In this document: in pieces, positions 19,746-29,411 of the stretch
How positions within the stretch are numbered: the stretch's first letter is position 1
How the letters are laid out: every line of letters begins with the position of its first letter
Virus record (IMG/VR): IMGVR_UViG_3300014204_013734
Location: 317,281-381,280 of that record
Length of the DNA stretch: 64,000 bases
Source of the DNA: a virus
Lineage: Duplodnaviria > Caudoviricetes
Reading direction: 5' to 3' (one strand)
Made by a program: the position numbers and the translations under genes
Notes under the pieces: generated by a model
Database searches by the model: none
What the model was told of the DNA's origin: nothing
Seen by the model: the letters and a program-made list of their open reading frames with translations, nothing else

Positions 19746-21794
19746 ATGCCTAGCTTTATCAAAACCCCTGCCGACGAAAAACTTTGGGACCGTGCAAAAC
19801 AACTTGCCGAAGAGCAAGGTCACAAGGAAGATTGGCCTTACGTGACCGGCATCTATAAGCGGATGCACGGCGGCAAAGTAGCCTTCTCCCAAGAAGACTT
19901 CAAAGAAGACCTCAAGAACTTAGCTTCCTTCATAGCTTCCAAAACGGGTCTGAAAGATTGGGAAATTGAAAACGACAGGATCAATTTCCGCGTTTCGGAC
20001 AAGAATTTCACCATGGTCGTTGAAAGTTCAAAGATCAAAAAACTTTCTTATCTTGTGGATGGTATTTACCTCCGGATGGTTTTCAGCCAGGGGTTTAAAC
20101 ATCCTTTCTTTAATATCCTAGTGAGAACTTTGTTTGAAAAAAAATTCTATCAAACCCCTACCCCTCGTGAAGCAAAGCAGGAAAAGACTTCCTTTGAAGG
20201 CATCACCGATTCTGAATACGCAAAACTTCATGACAGTGCCCTCAAGGCAGGAAACGCCGCCATGAAGGCTGTGACCGAATGGCTCCAAACAGACAAAGGG
20301 AATGAAGAAAAGTTTGCCCTCTTGAAAAAGAAGTTTGCTTCTTTTTTGACAAAATGGGGGACAGGGGACAAGATCGGGAATGTGTCCAACGTTGTAGTCA
20401 TGTCCAGGAATTATCAGGCTGGCCTCGCCAATCCCGTTGAAATAGGGGTTGTTCTCAACAAAGCGGAAATCAGGAAGGCATTTGAAGACGATAAACCTTG
20501 GCCTACCATCAGACTTTTCCAACTGGTGTGGAAGAACAAGGACACTGGGGAAATCAAGAAATCCACCTTAGCTGAAACCCCCAATATGCTGTATCGGTTG
20601 TCCAAACGAACGAACGTGTTTGATGAACCTGTAAAGGCCATCAAAGAATTCAACGTTGACATCGTCGGGGCCTGGTTGGAAAACCTCGGGTACACGGACG
20701 GCAAAGAACAAGGTCTGAACGCTTTCAAGAAGACTTTCGGGTCGTCCTTCACATCTTCAAAATCATCAGCGGTCCTTTCCACCTGGTCAGACATTCCTGG
20801 GTTAGTTGGTCAAAAGCTGGTCAAGGTTTCACCCCCGCCGTTGGATCCTGATTGCGGGACGACGTTGACGTTTGAAGATGGCACGGAAGTGTTTGTCCAC
20901 ACGGATGCCTGTCATGGCATGACAGAAGAAGAACGCATCATGTGGGATTCGGCCCAAGATGACTGGTACGGGATGAAAGAAGAACTCGGTGCAAAGAAAG
21001 CCTGCTGGATCAACGACCCCTGGGATATGTCCAAACTCGTCGGGGCGAAGGTTGTGTCCCTGGATAATGCCGTTCCCGAAGGGGTTGTCATCCGATTTGA
21101 CAACGGGGTTGAAGTCAGGGCACATTTTGACGGGGTACGGAAGACCGCAAGAGGCAAATCCAGATATCAGTTTGAAAAAGGTGTAGCAGAAGGCAAGAAA
21201 CTTCCAAGCACCGAAGAAGAATTTAAACATCGGCAGAACGTGGCCCGGCGGGTCCTAAAACTGGTGAAATCCGACGAAGCAATTCTGGTCAAGTTCATTG
21301 CTGATCCGGGACAGGATCCGAAAATAGTCAAACACATCCTATCGGAGATTGACAACATAGCCTTCGCGCTTGGAGTCATTCAGGGAATGGCCTCAGTCTG
21401 GAGGTCGGCTTCCATGGCCAGGAAAGGGTCAGATCTGATCTGGGATAGGTTTGACGAAGGCGTGGAAAGTGCACAAGTGGTTTCAAGGTCGGAATTTGAG
21501 TATCAACGGAAAGTGGCCAAGATGTTTCTTAAGCTGTTCAGGGAAAAACTTGCTACCCTCAGCAGTCACATTGCAGACCCGGAAGAAGAACCCATGATTG
21601 CGTTGCAGTTCTTGGACGCCGCTTCCGATTTGGCATATTTTCTTGGAGATCTTCACGGGATGACACGGAAGGTGAAGATGGCGAAATCTATCCGTAAAGT
21701 AGCCCAGGAATGGGAAGCTTTGCGCACCCACCCCTTGACTGTACGGGAGATTGCTATCAAATGGATGGAAAGAAACCTGTGGAGAATGACATGA
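19746..21794 (+). CDS. modular protein with duplicated modules and [KR]xA linkers, putative virion-internal polyprotein
   Basis: GGAGG RBS; two pairs of internal repeats; KVA, KKA, KTA, RSA, KMA junctions; KVAQEW. Confidence 0.7.
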   Translation: MPSFIKTPADEKLWDRAKQLAEEQGHKEDWPYVTGIYKRMHGGKVAFSQEDFKEDLKNLASFIASKTGLKDWEIENDRINFRVSDKNFTMVVESSKIKKLSYLVDGIYLRMVFSQGFKHPFFNILVRTLFEKKFYQTPTPREAKQEKTSFEGITDSEYAKLHDSALKAGNAAMKAVTEWLQTDKGNEEKFALLKKKFASFLTKWGTGDKIGNVSNVVVMSRNYQAGLANPVEIGVVLNKAEIRKAFEDDKPWPTIRLFQLVWKNKDTGEIKKSTLAETPNMLYRLSKRTNVFDEPVKAIKEFNVDIVGAWLENLGYTDGKEQGLNAFKKTFGSSFTSSKSSAVLSTWSDIPGLVGQKLVKVSPPPLDPDCGTTLTFEDGTEVFVHTDACHGMTEEERIMWDSAQDDWYGMKEELGAKKACWINDPWDMSKLVGAKVVSLDNAVPEGVVIRFDNGVEVRAHFDGVRKTARGKSRYQFEKGVAEGKKLPSTEEEFKHRQNVARRVLKLVKSDEAILVKFIADPGQDPKIVKHILSEIDNIAFALGVIQGMASVWRSASMARKGSDLIWDRFDEGVESAQVVSRSEFEYQRKVAKMFLKLFREKLATLSSHIADPEEEPMIALQFLDAASDLAYFLGDLHGMTRKVKMAKSIRKVAQEWEALRTHPLTVREIAIKWMERNLWRMT

Positions 21795-22933
21795 CGAACA
21801 CATCAAAGAAAATAGGCACGGAAAAGATTCCCGGCGGTTTAGCCAAAGGAATGAAACCTTCCGACTTTGACCCTGCCGCTTTGGCCAAAGGAACTAGGGT
21901 CGAAATGGAACACACGGATGACCCTGCCATAGCTAAAGAAATCGCATCCGATCATCTTACTGAAGACCAACGTTACTACGATAAATTGGAGCAAATGGAG
22001 AAGAAAGCAGTCAACAAAGTAGCTGATAAATGGCTGCAAAAGATGGCGGCCGAAGTCGGCACCGACACGGCAACCATTTGGGCCCTTGCCCCTGAAAGTC
22101 TTGCACGTCTGTTCAGGAACAATGGTTGGATGGGTTTGTTTCACAAAACGTACACCAACAAGCAAGGTTCTGAAATTGACTTTTCCTTGCTGGATCAGGG
22201 TATCCGGGAACATGGGGGAGCGGTGTTCCTTACCGGTGGGGACGGCATCTACGACATAACCATCCCGACACAAGCAGGGGAAATGCCTATCGTCAGGGAA
22301 GATGGGTTCCTGCCCCCTTACGGGACACCAACTTACGGTGAAGACAAAACGGTTCAAAAAGAATCCTTGCGTGATGCCTTGGCAGCTTACGCCCATGACA
22401 CTTGGAGCCGATGGGTACGGTACCAATTCACTATCGGGAAAAAAAACCTAGACGGCAGCTTTACGATTCCGCCAGACAAAGTGGCCCGGTGGGACCGTCA
22501 AATGAACACCCCATTCGACGAATTACCGCCGGATGAAACCCCTTCAGATTACGAGGAAGCCGATAAGATATTGGCCATCCTATACCGCCCCAAAACAGGG
22601 TTCAACAGGTCAGCACAGATGACTTGGCGTGTAGACCAAGCCAAACTAAGGTCCAAGCTCCCGTCCCTTGTCAAGGCCGTGACGGACATGATCAACAAGG
22701 CTAAAATCCCGTTTGATCTTCTCCAGAAAACGACCTTCTTCCGGGAACTGGCGCCGGAACATCTTCCCCAGGAACGGTTGGAAAACACCGTATGGGTGAA
22801 GGGTAATGGGGTGTTCCCCCAAGGGGAGGATTCCGAAGTCCTGTTTGACTATTTCATGCAAGTCTGTGCGGCCATCAACGAAGAGCTCCTTGAAAAGGGT
22901 GTCATTGGCCCGAAGACACGGAGAGACCGATGA
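21791..22933 (+). CDS. DUF5661-like + RyR-like modular protein
   Basis: VEMEHTDDPAIAKEIASDHLTEDQRYYDKL; LAAYAHDTW...PFDELP.DE..SD; KVADKW. Confidence 0.7.
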   Translation: MTNTSKKIGTEKIPGGLAKGMKPSDFDPAALAKGTRVEMEHTDDPAIAKEIASDHLTEDQRYYDKLEQMEKKAVNKVADKWLQKMAAEVGTDTATIWALAPESLARLFRNNGWMGLFHKTYTNKQGSEIDFSLLDQGIREHGGAVFLTGGDGIYDITIPTQAGEMPIVREDGFLPPYGTPTYGEDKTVQKESLRDALAAYAHDTWSRWVRYQFTIGKKNLDGSFTIPPDKVARWDRQMNTPFDELPPDETPSDYEEADKILAILYRPKTGFNRSAQMTWRVDQAKLRSKLPSLVKAVTDMINKAKIPFDLLQKTTFFRELAPEHLPQERLENTVWVKGNGVFPQGEDSEVLFDYFMQVCAAINEELLEKGVIGPKTRRDR

Positions 22934-23142
22934 AGAAGTGGTGGATCACCGGGGACACCTATGATATCCAGGATTCAATCAAACGAGCTTTTCGGGGCAC
23001 TTGGTTTGACAAAGCCCGGAAAGGTTGGGTGATTGAAAAGGATTCCCCGAAAAGCATCCTACAATTCTTGGAAGGATTCCCCCGGCAACATTTGACCGTC
23101 CTGGACGAAGACGGAAAGCCCATCAGTTTGTCCAAATACTGA
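22930..23142 (+). CDS. small hypothetical protein
   Basis: GGAG RBS, ATGA overlap; GDTY..WFD...W pattern. Confidence 0.6.
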   Translation: MKKWWITGDTYDIQDSIKRAFRGTWFDKARKGWVIEKDSPKSILQFLEGFPRQHLTVLDEDGKPISLSKY

Positions 23143-23150
23143 AATCCTGA

Positions 23151-23483
23151 TTACAGGTTGAAGAGTCCCTTGATTTTCTTGACGTATGCCTGGGGGTCGG
23201 GTTTGCGTGACGGTTCTCGGTAAGGGTTCAAACTTGCCCAATTTGCCCCTTCCATAAAAGCGTAGACGAATCGTTCCAAGGTTTCCAAACCCTCTTCGTT
23301 GAGTGCCTCATCCTTCTGGATTTCAAATTTCAAAACCTCATCATCAGAAAGGGTAACGTGAAACACGCACCCTTTCGTTAGTTCGGGCCACCGTTTCTTG
23401 AATGCTTTTACGGCAGCTTTCCCCCATTCAGGCCATTCCGCAGATTTGGTTTTGTTGGTCGCCGACCAGGAGAAGCAGGTCAT
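23151..23483 (-). CDS. hypothetical protein
   Basis: last gene of minus-strand run. Confidence 0.6.
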   Translation of the reverse strand: MTCFSWSATNKTKSAEWPEWGKAAVKAFKKRWPELTKGCVFHVTLSDDEVLKFEIQKDEALNEEGLETLERFVYAFMEGANWASLNPYREPSRKPDPQAYVKKIKGLFNL

Positions 23484-23489
23484 GCGATT

Positions 23490-23666
23490 TCATTCCTGCC
23501 CGTCATTATCCCAATTTCCGCAACCAAAATCGGTTGCCTTGACCGGTGTCGGGTTTTTTTGATCTTCTTTTCCTGGTTCTTGTCCTTTGTAAGGGCACCA
23601 TCCGTTAACGTCATTTTCGGAAAAGATGAACGCAAGACACGTTCCGCAAGTTTTTTCAGAATTCAT
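23490..23666 (-). CDS. 58-aa Cys-containing protein (below ORF-track cutoff)
   Basis: GGAGGAAGG RBS; MNSEKTCGTC...WCPY...GCGNW; fills the gap. Confidence 0.6.
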   Translation of the reverse strand: MNSEKTCGTCLAFIFSENDVNGWCPYKGQEPGKEDQKNPTPVKATDFGCGNWDNDGQE

Positions 23667-23681
23667 GTTCCTTCCTCCTCT

Positions 23682-24446
23682 TTAAGCGATTTTGAACAGC
23701 ATCCGGATGCGATCAGGATCAATCACGATTCCGGCAGTCTTGGCGGCATCCCCGGCTTCCTTGCCAACCTTCAAATCAGGCAAGGCTTCCGGTGAGATTT
23801 GGTAACGTGTGTACAAACCGATTGGCAACATAGCCCTAATTACATCCTTCGCGGCAGACTTCGGTTTCTTCCGATTCGTCCAGGGAGAAGATTTTTCCAA
23901 CACCTTTTCCCCGAGCTTGACCCCATCAAGGTAAATGGCGCCGGGTTGGGGGGAACGGGGATCGTCGGGACGGGCAGCTCCAACATACACCTTGACCCCT
24001 TTGACGGGCACTCCGTTCACCTTGAGGGGTTCCCAAACGGGATCAGGAAGGTCCGAACGGTCGTCCCAACTGTCTTTTGACCCGCTGTCTTGGAGAACGC
24101 GCCGGAACTGTTCCTGGATTTCCTGGATGGCTACCGCCGCATCCTGGATTGTCATGTCGGCATGTCCGGCGTCCAGGGTCGCTTGGGCAATGTCCTGAAT
24201 GAAATGAGGGCTTTTCGCCATCAGATCTTCCAGCTTCCGTTCGGACCGTTCAACCAGGGCCTTGTATTGGAACCCTGCCCAAACAAGGACGTGGACCAGA
24301 TCGTCCCCGTACACCTGCCGGTCGCTGGCTTTGCCCCGTTCAACGCCCTTCTTGCGGACGACTACGGATACCAAGGTTCCTTGACCGGAATCCCCGATTT
24401 CCGAAAGTGTTCCGGCAAGTCCTGAATGCAATGCGTTCGTTTCCAT
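23682..24446 (-). CDS. hypothetical protein
   Basis: GAGGTG RBS, 254 aa. Confidence 0.7.
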   Translation of the reverse strand: METNALHSGLAGTLSEIGDSGQGTLVSVVVRKKGVERGKASDRQVYGDDLVHVLVWAGFQYKALVERSERKLEDLMAKSPHFIQDIAQATLDAGHADMTIQDAAVAIQEIQEQFRRVLQDSGSKDSWDDRSDLPDPVWEPLKVNGVPVKGVKVYVGAARPDDPRSPQPGAIYLDGVKLGEKVLEKSSPWTNRKKPKSAAKDVIRAMLPIGLYTRYQISPEALPDLKVGKEAGDAAKTAGIVIDPDRIRMLFKIA

Positions 24447-24464
24447 TTTTTCACCTCGTGAAAG

Positions 24465-25160
24465 TCACTTCTGACCACCTGTTTCCAGACGGGCAACTTG
24501 TTCCAAACCTATTTTGATTCGTTCCTCTTCTTTGCCAGGGGCACACACAACTACCCAATCCCAATCGTTGTCACACCAAGCAAACGCTGCCGCCCGGTCC
24601 GTCGTCGTGAACATCGGAATGTTAAGAACCGGGTCCGTTATGACCCGGTAGCAGATGAACTGTTTGCCGTCCGGGCGTTCCCATACGGAATGGGTTATCT
24701 TGACATGCAAGGCTTTTGTCCCGGTATCCAGAGAAACCAAGAACCTAGCCGAATGGAGATGGGCTTGCCCATTTTCATCCTTGACAGCCATTGTCCAAAA
24801 CCGGTTGACGGGCCAAGCCCCTTCTTTCATCAAACGGATTTTGGTTTCAATGCGGTTTTCCTTGACTTTATTATCCTGCTTGTCGAACCACATTTGTTCA
24901 ACGCAGGATTGCTTGTTTCTGCATGCCCGGATCACGACGGACATGATCGGAGGCCAAAACAGGATCATAGCCAAAAACACCAGTAGGTGTTTCCACCATA
25001 TAGGGGGTTCTGACGATATTTCATCAGATAGCAGCCGTTGCATATCCAACACGTAAGCCGGATTTCTAATCGCAGCCGCGATTTCCATCAGGATAAATAG
25101 AACCAGGGTCAGTGCCCCCAACCCAACCCATGCAATCAATGCCGTCGACAAAAAACTCAT
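24465..25160 (-). CDS. membrane protein (two N-terminal TM segments)
   Basis: GGAGG RBS before MSFLST; hydrophobic helices. Confidence 0.65.
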   Translation of the reverse strand: MSFLSTALIAWVGLGALTLVLFILMEIAAAIRNPAYVLDMQRLLSDEISSEPPIWWKHLLVFLAMILFWPPIMSVVIRACRNKQSCVEQMWFDKQDNKVKENRIETKIRLMKEGAWPVNRFWTMAVKDENGQAHLHSARFLVSLDTGTKALHVKITHSVWERPDGKQFICYRVITDPVLNIPMFTTTDRAAAFAWCDNDWDWVVVCAPGKEEERIKIGLEQVARLETGGQK

Positions 25161-25205
25161 GTGCAACCTCCAGTAAGAACCCCTTCTTTCAATACCCAAA
25201 ACAGT

Positions 25206-25409
25206 TCAGATATCTTCGTCCTGATCTGTATCTTCCTGATCCGTTTCTTCTTCTTCCAGAAGTTCCTCAGATTCGTCTTCCATTTCTCGTTCCCGTGTGG
25301 CTTCCCTTAGACGCCGTGCTGTCGTTTCGTGGGGGCCGGCCTTGCGTCGTTTTGAAGGAACAACGTAAGGATTCCGGGGCTTTGAAGTGGGAACGTGAAG
25401 TCGCTTCAT
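25206..25409 (-). CDS. small protein, basic N-terminus and acidic C-terminus
   Basis: ATGA overlap; KPRNPY...AGPH. Confidence 0.55.
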   Translation of the reverse strand: MKRLHVPTSKPRNPYVVPSKRRKAGPHETTARRLREATREREMEDESEELLEEEETDQEDTDQDEDI

Positions 25410-26311
25410 GAAGGAATTCCTTCATCAGAGTCACTCTTTGTTTCTTCAACGGCAGGTTCTGCATATTCCGTCGGCGGTGTCGGCGGCGCATCCGAATGTT
25501 CGGTTTTGGAAATAAAAACCAGGTTCTTTCCGGTAGGGGTTTCCTGGATTTCCACAATCCCCTTAAGCTGGAGCCGGTGGAGGGTTGCAATCCTCTTTTG
25601 ACCGTCCCTTAGACGGCCGTTGGCAAAAACCCATTTGGATATGAAGTACCCAACACTTACAAAGGGAAATCTGGCCATTGCATTCTTCAACTCTGAAATA
25701 AAGATTTTTTCGTCCAAGGCGTTTTGCTCTGCTTCATCAAGCGTTTCCGTTTCAGGTCGGAAAATAATCTGTGCGGGTTCAAATGCGGCCGCTTGTCCTT
25801 TAACAGCTTCTTCCAAGGCGAGACAACCGTAAGCCGCCTGCCTGATTCTTGCGGACGTACCGTTTGCCCAAACGGCAGCCCATCCGGTTTTTCCAAAGAT
25901 ACGGATGGCATCCAACGCTGGAGCCATGTCAGCATCTCCCGACACGACAATGGCGGCATCATAGAGGTCCAACGCAGCCATTCTGACGATGTCGGCCACC
26001 ATGGTCGTGTCAACTTCCTTTTCCACAACCTTTTCGTGAGCTTTCCCACATTCCGGGCACCACACGGTGCCTGTTTTCAGTGGAAATCTGCTGACAAAGA
26101 ACCCTTCCAGCTTTTCCATGTCGTCTAAAGACACATCAATGCCCGTTCCGGGCACCGTTCCCAGGTAGTATCGGGCTTCGACCAACCGGGTCCCTCCAAT
26201 TTTCTTTACGAGAAAATCCGCTAATTGAGCCCAGTCCAGTAAACCCCCATGCACTTCGCCTTTGCTAAGATGATGGAAATTTTGTCCATCGATGAAAATG
26301 GCGACTCTCAT
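25406..26311 (-). CDS. NYN (LabA/DUF88, PIN-like) domain protein with Zn ribbon
   Basis: AIFIDGQN, EKEVD, VSGDADM; CPEC insert. Confidence 0.88.
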   Translation of the reverse strand: MRVAIFIDGQNFHHLSKGEVHGGLLDWAQLADFLVKKIGGTRLVEARYYLGTVPGTGIDVSLDDMEKLEGFFVSRFPLKTGTVWCPECGKAHEKVVEKEVDTTMVADIVRMAALDLYDAAIVVSGDADMAPALDAIRIFGKTGWAAVWANGTSARIRQAAYGCLALEEAVKGQAAAFEPAQIIFRPETETLDEAEQNALDEKIFISELKNAMARFPFVSVGYFISKWVFANGRLRDGQKRIATLHRLQLKGIVEIQETPTGKNLVFISKTEHSDAPPTPPTEYAEPAVEETKSDSDEGIPS

Positions 26312-26363
26312 TAGAAACCGTTCCTTTCTTAATTAAGACTAAAAACCAATCTTTCCCGCCTAA

Positions 26364-26392
26364 ACTACCCGAAACCATCTCGTTCCAAGCCG
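26364..26392 (-). promoter_or_regulatory. CGGCTTGGAA-N13-GGTAGT motif (copy 3, faces NYN gene)
   Basis: reverse-complement exact motif. Confidence 0.75.
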
Positions 26393-26403
26393 GAAAAAAG
26401 TTA

Positions 26404-26432
26404 CGGCTTGGAATTCTATCGGAACCGGTAGT
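26404..26432 (+). promoter_or_regulatory. CGGCTTGGAA-N13-GGTAGT motif (copy 4, faces nucleotidyltransferase)
   Basis: exact motif, back-to-back with copy 3. Confidence 0.75.
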
Positions 26433-26478
26433 ATGGGGTAGTTGCTACCGAAGGTAAGAATTTTTAGGAGGAAAGACC

Positions 26479-27423
26479 GTGAACTTCAATATCCAAGAAC
26501 ATACGATCTTCCGGTGTCTGTCCGGCAGTCACGCCTACGGCATGGCAACCCCTGAATCGGACGAGGATTTCAGGGGCGTGGCCATTCCGCCGAAGGAATA
26601 CTTCCTCGGCTTCATGCAGCGGTTTGAACAGTCGGAATCGAAGCCCAGTCCGGGGCATGATGTTCCCGACGAAGTCATCTATGACATCCGAAAGTTTGTC
26701 TCCCTGGCGGCGGACAACAACCCGAACGTCATGGAACTTTTGTTCATGCCCGAGGACACCATTGTCCATTCCACTCCGTGGTGGGAACGTCTGACGGCAA
26801 TCAGGGAATCCTTCCTATCCACCAGGGTCCGGTATACCTATGGTGGATATGCCGTGGCACAACTCAAGAGGATCCGGCAGCATCGGAACTATCTGCTGAA
26901 TCCTCCGAAGAAACGGCCGGAACGGTCCGACTTTGGGCTCCCCGAAAACCAAGCTTTCGTCGATTTCAAGACCAAGGTGGAAGAAGCGAACAAGGCGGGG
27001 CTGGATGCCAGGGCCCTGTTCGGGGAGGACATCCAAAAGGAAGCACGGTATAACCGTGCCATGGCCGACTTCCATTCTTGGGAAACCTGGAAAAAGAACC
27101 GCAACCCGAAACGGGCCGAACTGGAAGCCAAGTTTGGCTATGATTCAAAGCATGCGGCTCATTTAGTACGTCTCATGCGACAGGGTTGTGAAATCCTGGA
27201 AACCGGTAAGGTGTTTGTCCGGCGCCCTGATGCCGAAGAACTCCTGGCCATCCGTCGTGACGGCATCTGGTCTTATGACCAGTTGGTTGCCTACGCGGAA
27301 GAAATGGAAGCCCGTCTTTCCAAGATTTACGACGAAAAACTGTCCCCGCTTCCTGCGAATCCTGACCGAAAACGGATTGACGACACCGTCGTCGGAATCG
27401 TGTCGGATTTCCTGGGCTTGTAA
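26479..27423 (+). CDS. pol-beta superfamily nucleotidyltransferase (RlaP/YcgL-like)
   Basis: GSHAYG...SDEDFRG, NPNVME, GYDSKHAAHLVRL, ELLAIR. Confidence 0.88.
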   Translation: MNFNIQEHTIFRCLSGSHAYGMATPESDEDFRGVAIPPKEYFLGFMQRFEQSESKPSPGHDVPDEVIYDIRKFVSLAADNNPNVMELLFMPEDTIVHSTPWWERLTAIRESFLSTRVRYTYGGYAVAQLKRIRQHRNYLLNPPKKRPERSDFGLPENQAFVDFKTKVEEANKAGLDARALFGEDIQKEARYNRAMADFHSWETWKKNRNPKRAELEAKFGYDSKHAAHLVRLMRQGCEILETGKVFVRRPDAEELLAIRRDGIWSYDQLVAYAEEMEARLSKIYDEKLSPLPANPDRKRIDDTVVGIVSDFLGL

Positions 27424-27425
27424 TC

Positions 27426-27471
27426 ACTTTGGGGGTATTTTTGCCAGTACTGGCAAGAATACCCCCAAAGT
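27426..27471. repeat. 46-bp near-perfect palindrome
   Basis: ACTTTGGGGGTATTTTTGCCAGT|ACTGGCAAGAATACCCCCAAAGT, one T:G mismatch. Confidence 0.9.
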
Positions 27472-27558
27472 AGTCAATTATGGTTTTATTCGTTCCCCAT
27501 TGGTGAAAGCACTGGCCGTTGTAAGGCCAATGGACACTTTTGGTGAGAAGGAAAAACC

Positions 27559-28527
27559 ATGAAATCCGAAGCCGCATTCAATCCCAAAGACATTGGCACG
27601 ATCAAACCGCCCGCCCGCATCGACCAAGAAGACGCTTGGCTTCTTGAAGACGTTGACCAACGTTGGTTTTCCGAAATGGAAAAGCTGTTCCACAAGGAAG
27701 CCGGTCTTCTGGGACGGGTTTCCAAATTAGCGGCCGACCGGCCCGAACTTCGGTCAAAGTTGGTCCCCTTTATCAAGATGGCAGGAATGACCGTCCCTGA
27801 AAGGTTTGCTTCCTTGAAGAAACTGGCCCACAAGCCCATCCTTGAAAAGACGGGTCTTACACCTCGTGCGGTTTCACAAGGGTTAGCGTTCATGGTCTAC
27901 AACATCGACCAGGGAAGCAACAAATCCAAGTTTTACGAAGGGCTTATCCTTGAGTCAGGGGGTGGGTTTAGGTTGATTCGGCGTTGGGGCGCCTTGACCG
28001 ATTCCGCAGCGACGGGACGCATTGACGGAGCGCAATTTGATGAAGACCCGCGGTTCCTGTTTTCGTCCCTTGGGACGGCGAAACGAGAACTTGCCGCCCA
28101 TTTTGCTAAGCGCGTTTCCCATGGCTACATAGACGCTTTCGGTCCTGAAACCCCTGTCAAAGGACAGTATCCGATTGGCCTGTCCAGGGATGTGGGTTTT
28201 GGATGGAACACACAGTCTATCACCCGGTGTATTCCACAACTGAAGATCCTGATGAACTATTTCAGGGCGGCTCATGACGAAGTGAGAGAAACCGGAAAAT
28301 CCGATCTCATCCAAGGCATCTTGGCAAAGGCCGTCAGAACGGTGAAGGAGGTCGCCCATGCTGACAGCAGCATGGCCCAATTGCTTATCAAGATGATGAA
28401 AAAACCCCTCCAGAGGGTCAAGGGCGACAAACGATTCATTCCTGATTTTGAAGGCCGTGCCCTTGCTATGGAACTTGAAGCAATCATCAGTTACCTGGAC
28501 AAACAGATGTCTTTGTGCCGGGATTGA
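27559..28527 (+). CDS. WGR-like domain protein with [KR]xA-rich N-terminus
   Basis: NIDQGSNKSKFY...IRRWG...FAKRVSHGY; KLAADRPELRSKLVPFIKMA. Confidence 0.7.
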   Translation: MKSEAAFNPKDIGTIKPPARIDQEDAWLLEDVDQRWFSEMEKLFHKEAGLLGRVSKLAADRPELRSKLVPFIKMAGMTVPERFASLKKLAHKPILEKTGLTPRAVSQGLAFMVYNIDQGSNKSKFYEGLILESGGGFRLIRRWGALTDSAATGRIDGAQFDEDPRFLFSSLGTAKRELAAHFAKRVSHGYIDAFGPETPVKGQYPIGLSRDVGFGWNTQSITRCIPQLKILMNYFRAAHDEVRETGKSDLIQGILAKAVRTVKEVAHADSSMAQLLIKMMKKPLQRVKGDKRFIPDFEGRALAMELEAIISYLDKQMSLCRD

Positions 28528-28553
28528 CCTTTCAGGTAAAGGAAGGTTGAAAA

Positions 28554-29411
28554 ATGGCTATGCCCGCGACCGTCAAGTTGTTGGTGATTGATGATGACGC
28601 CGAAGACCGCCGCTTGGTCCACGACTGGCTAGACGATGCGGATCGGGTCAACTTCAGCGTAGAGGAAGCGTCTACGGCGGAAGAGGGCCTGGAAAAGATG
28701 GAAAAAGGCCGGTATGACGTGGTCCTCCTGGACTATCGTATGCCGGAAAAGGACGGGTTCTGGGTCCTGGAAAGGATGCGTGCCCTTCGTTTGCAAGTCC
28801 CTGTTGTCATTGTCACCAGTCACGGGGACCGTAATGTCCAGACGCAAGCGTTTGAACTTGGCGTTGCGGACTACCTGGAAAAGGGTGCTTTCACTCCTGA
28901 ACTCCTTGAACGCACTTGTCTCTATGCCATTGGCCTGAATGAACGGAAAATTTCCGAAACTTCCGGCCCCGGCGTCGGGGTTCTCATGGAACAGTTGGTA
29001 TCCTTGACCCGTGATTCTGTCAAGGCCCAGTCTGATACGGCCCAGGAAATCCGGGAAATGCGCCGGGAACTGGCGTCAGGATTTGCATCGGTCAAGGAAC
29101 AAGCGTCTGAACACGATAAAAACTGCCAGGACAGGAATACGGCGGTCGTCGGAAAAATAGAAGAACGGGATGCTCCGAAGGGCAAATGGCTTCTGGATTG
29201 GATTGCGGTTCACCCGCTTGCAACCCTGATTCTTGCCCTTATCCTTCTGGCTTCTATTCTCGCACTTGGAGTATTGATTCCCTTGTGGGCGGAACACGTC
29301 ACGGCGGACCAACTCAAAGTGTTGAAAGGTTGTGGGATGTTGCTCTTTTTTCCCGTAATGGGATGGGAAGTACACAATGAATCTGACGGAAACGGATCGC
29401 AAGGAACTTGA
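28554..29411 (+). CDS. receiver (REC) domain fused to coiled coil and C-terminal TM helix
   Basis: VIDDD, LLDYRMP, VTS, YLEK; hydrophobic PLATLILALILLASILALGVLIPLW. Confidence 0.88.
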   Translation: MAMPATVKLLVIDDDAEDRRLVHDWLDDADRVNFSVEEASTAEEGLEKMEKGRYDVVLLDYRMPEKDGFWVLERMRALRLQVPVVIVTSHGDRNVQTQAFELGVADYLEKGAFTPELLERTCLYAIGLNERKISETSGPGVGVLMEQLVSLTRDSVKAQSDTAQEIREMRRELASGFASVKEQASEHDKNCQDRNTAVVGKIEERDAPKGKWLLDWIAVHPLATLILALILLASILALGVLIPLWAEHVTADQLKVLKGCGMLLFFPVMGWEVHNESDGNGSQGT

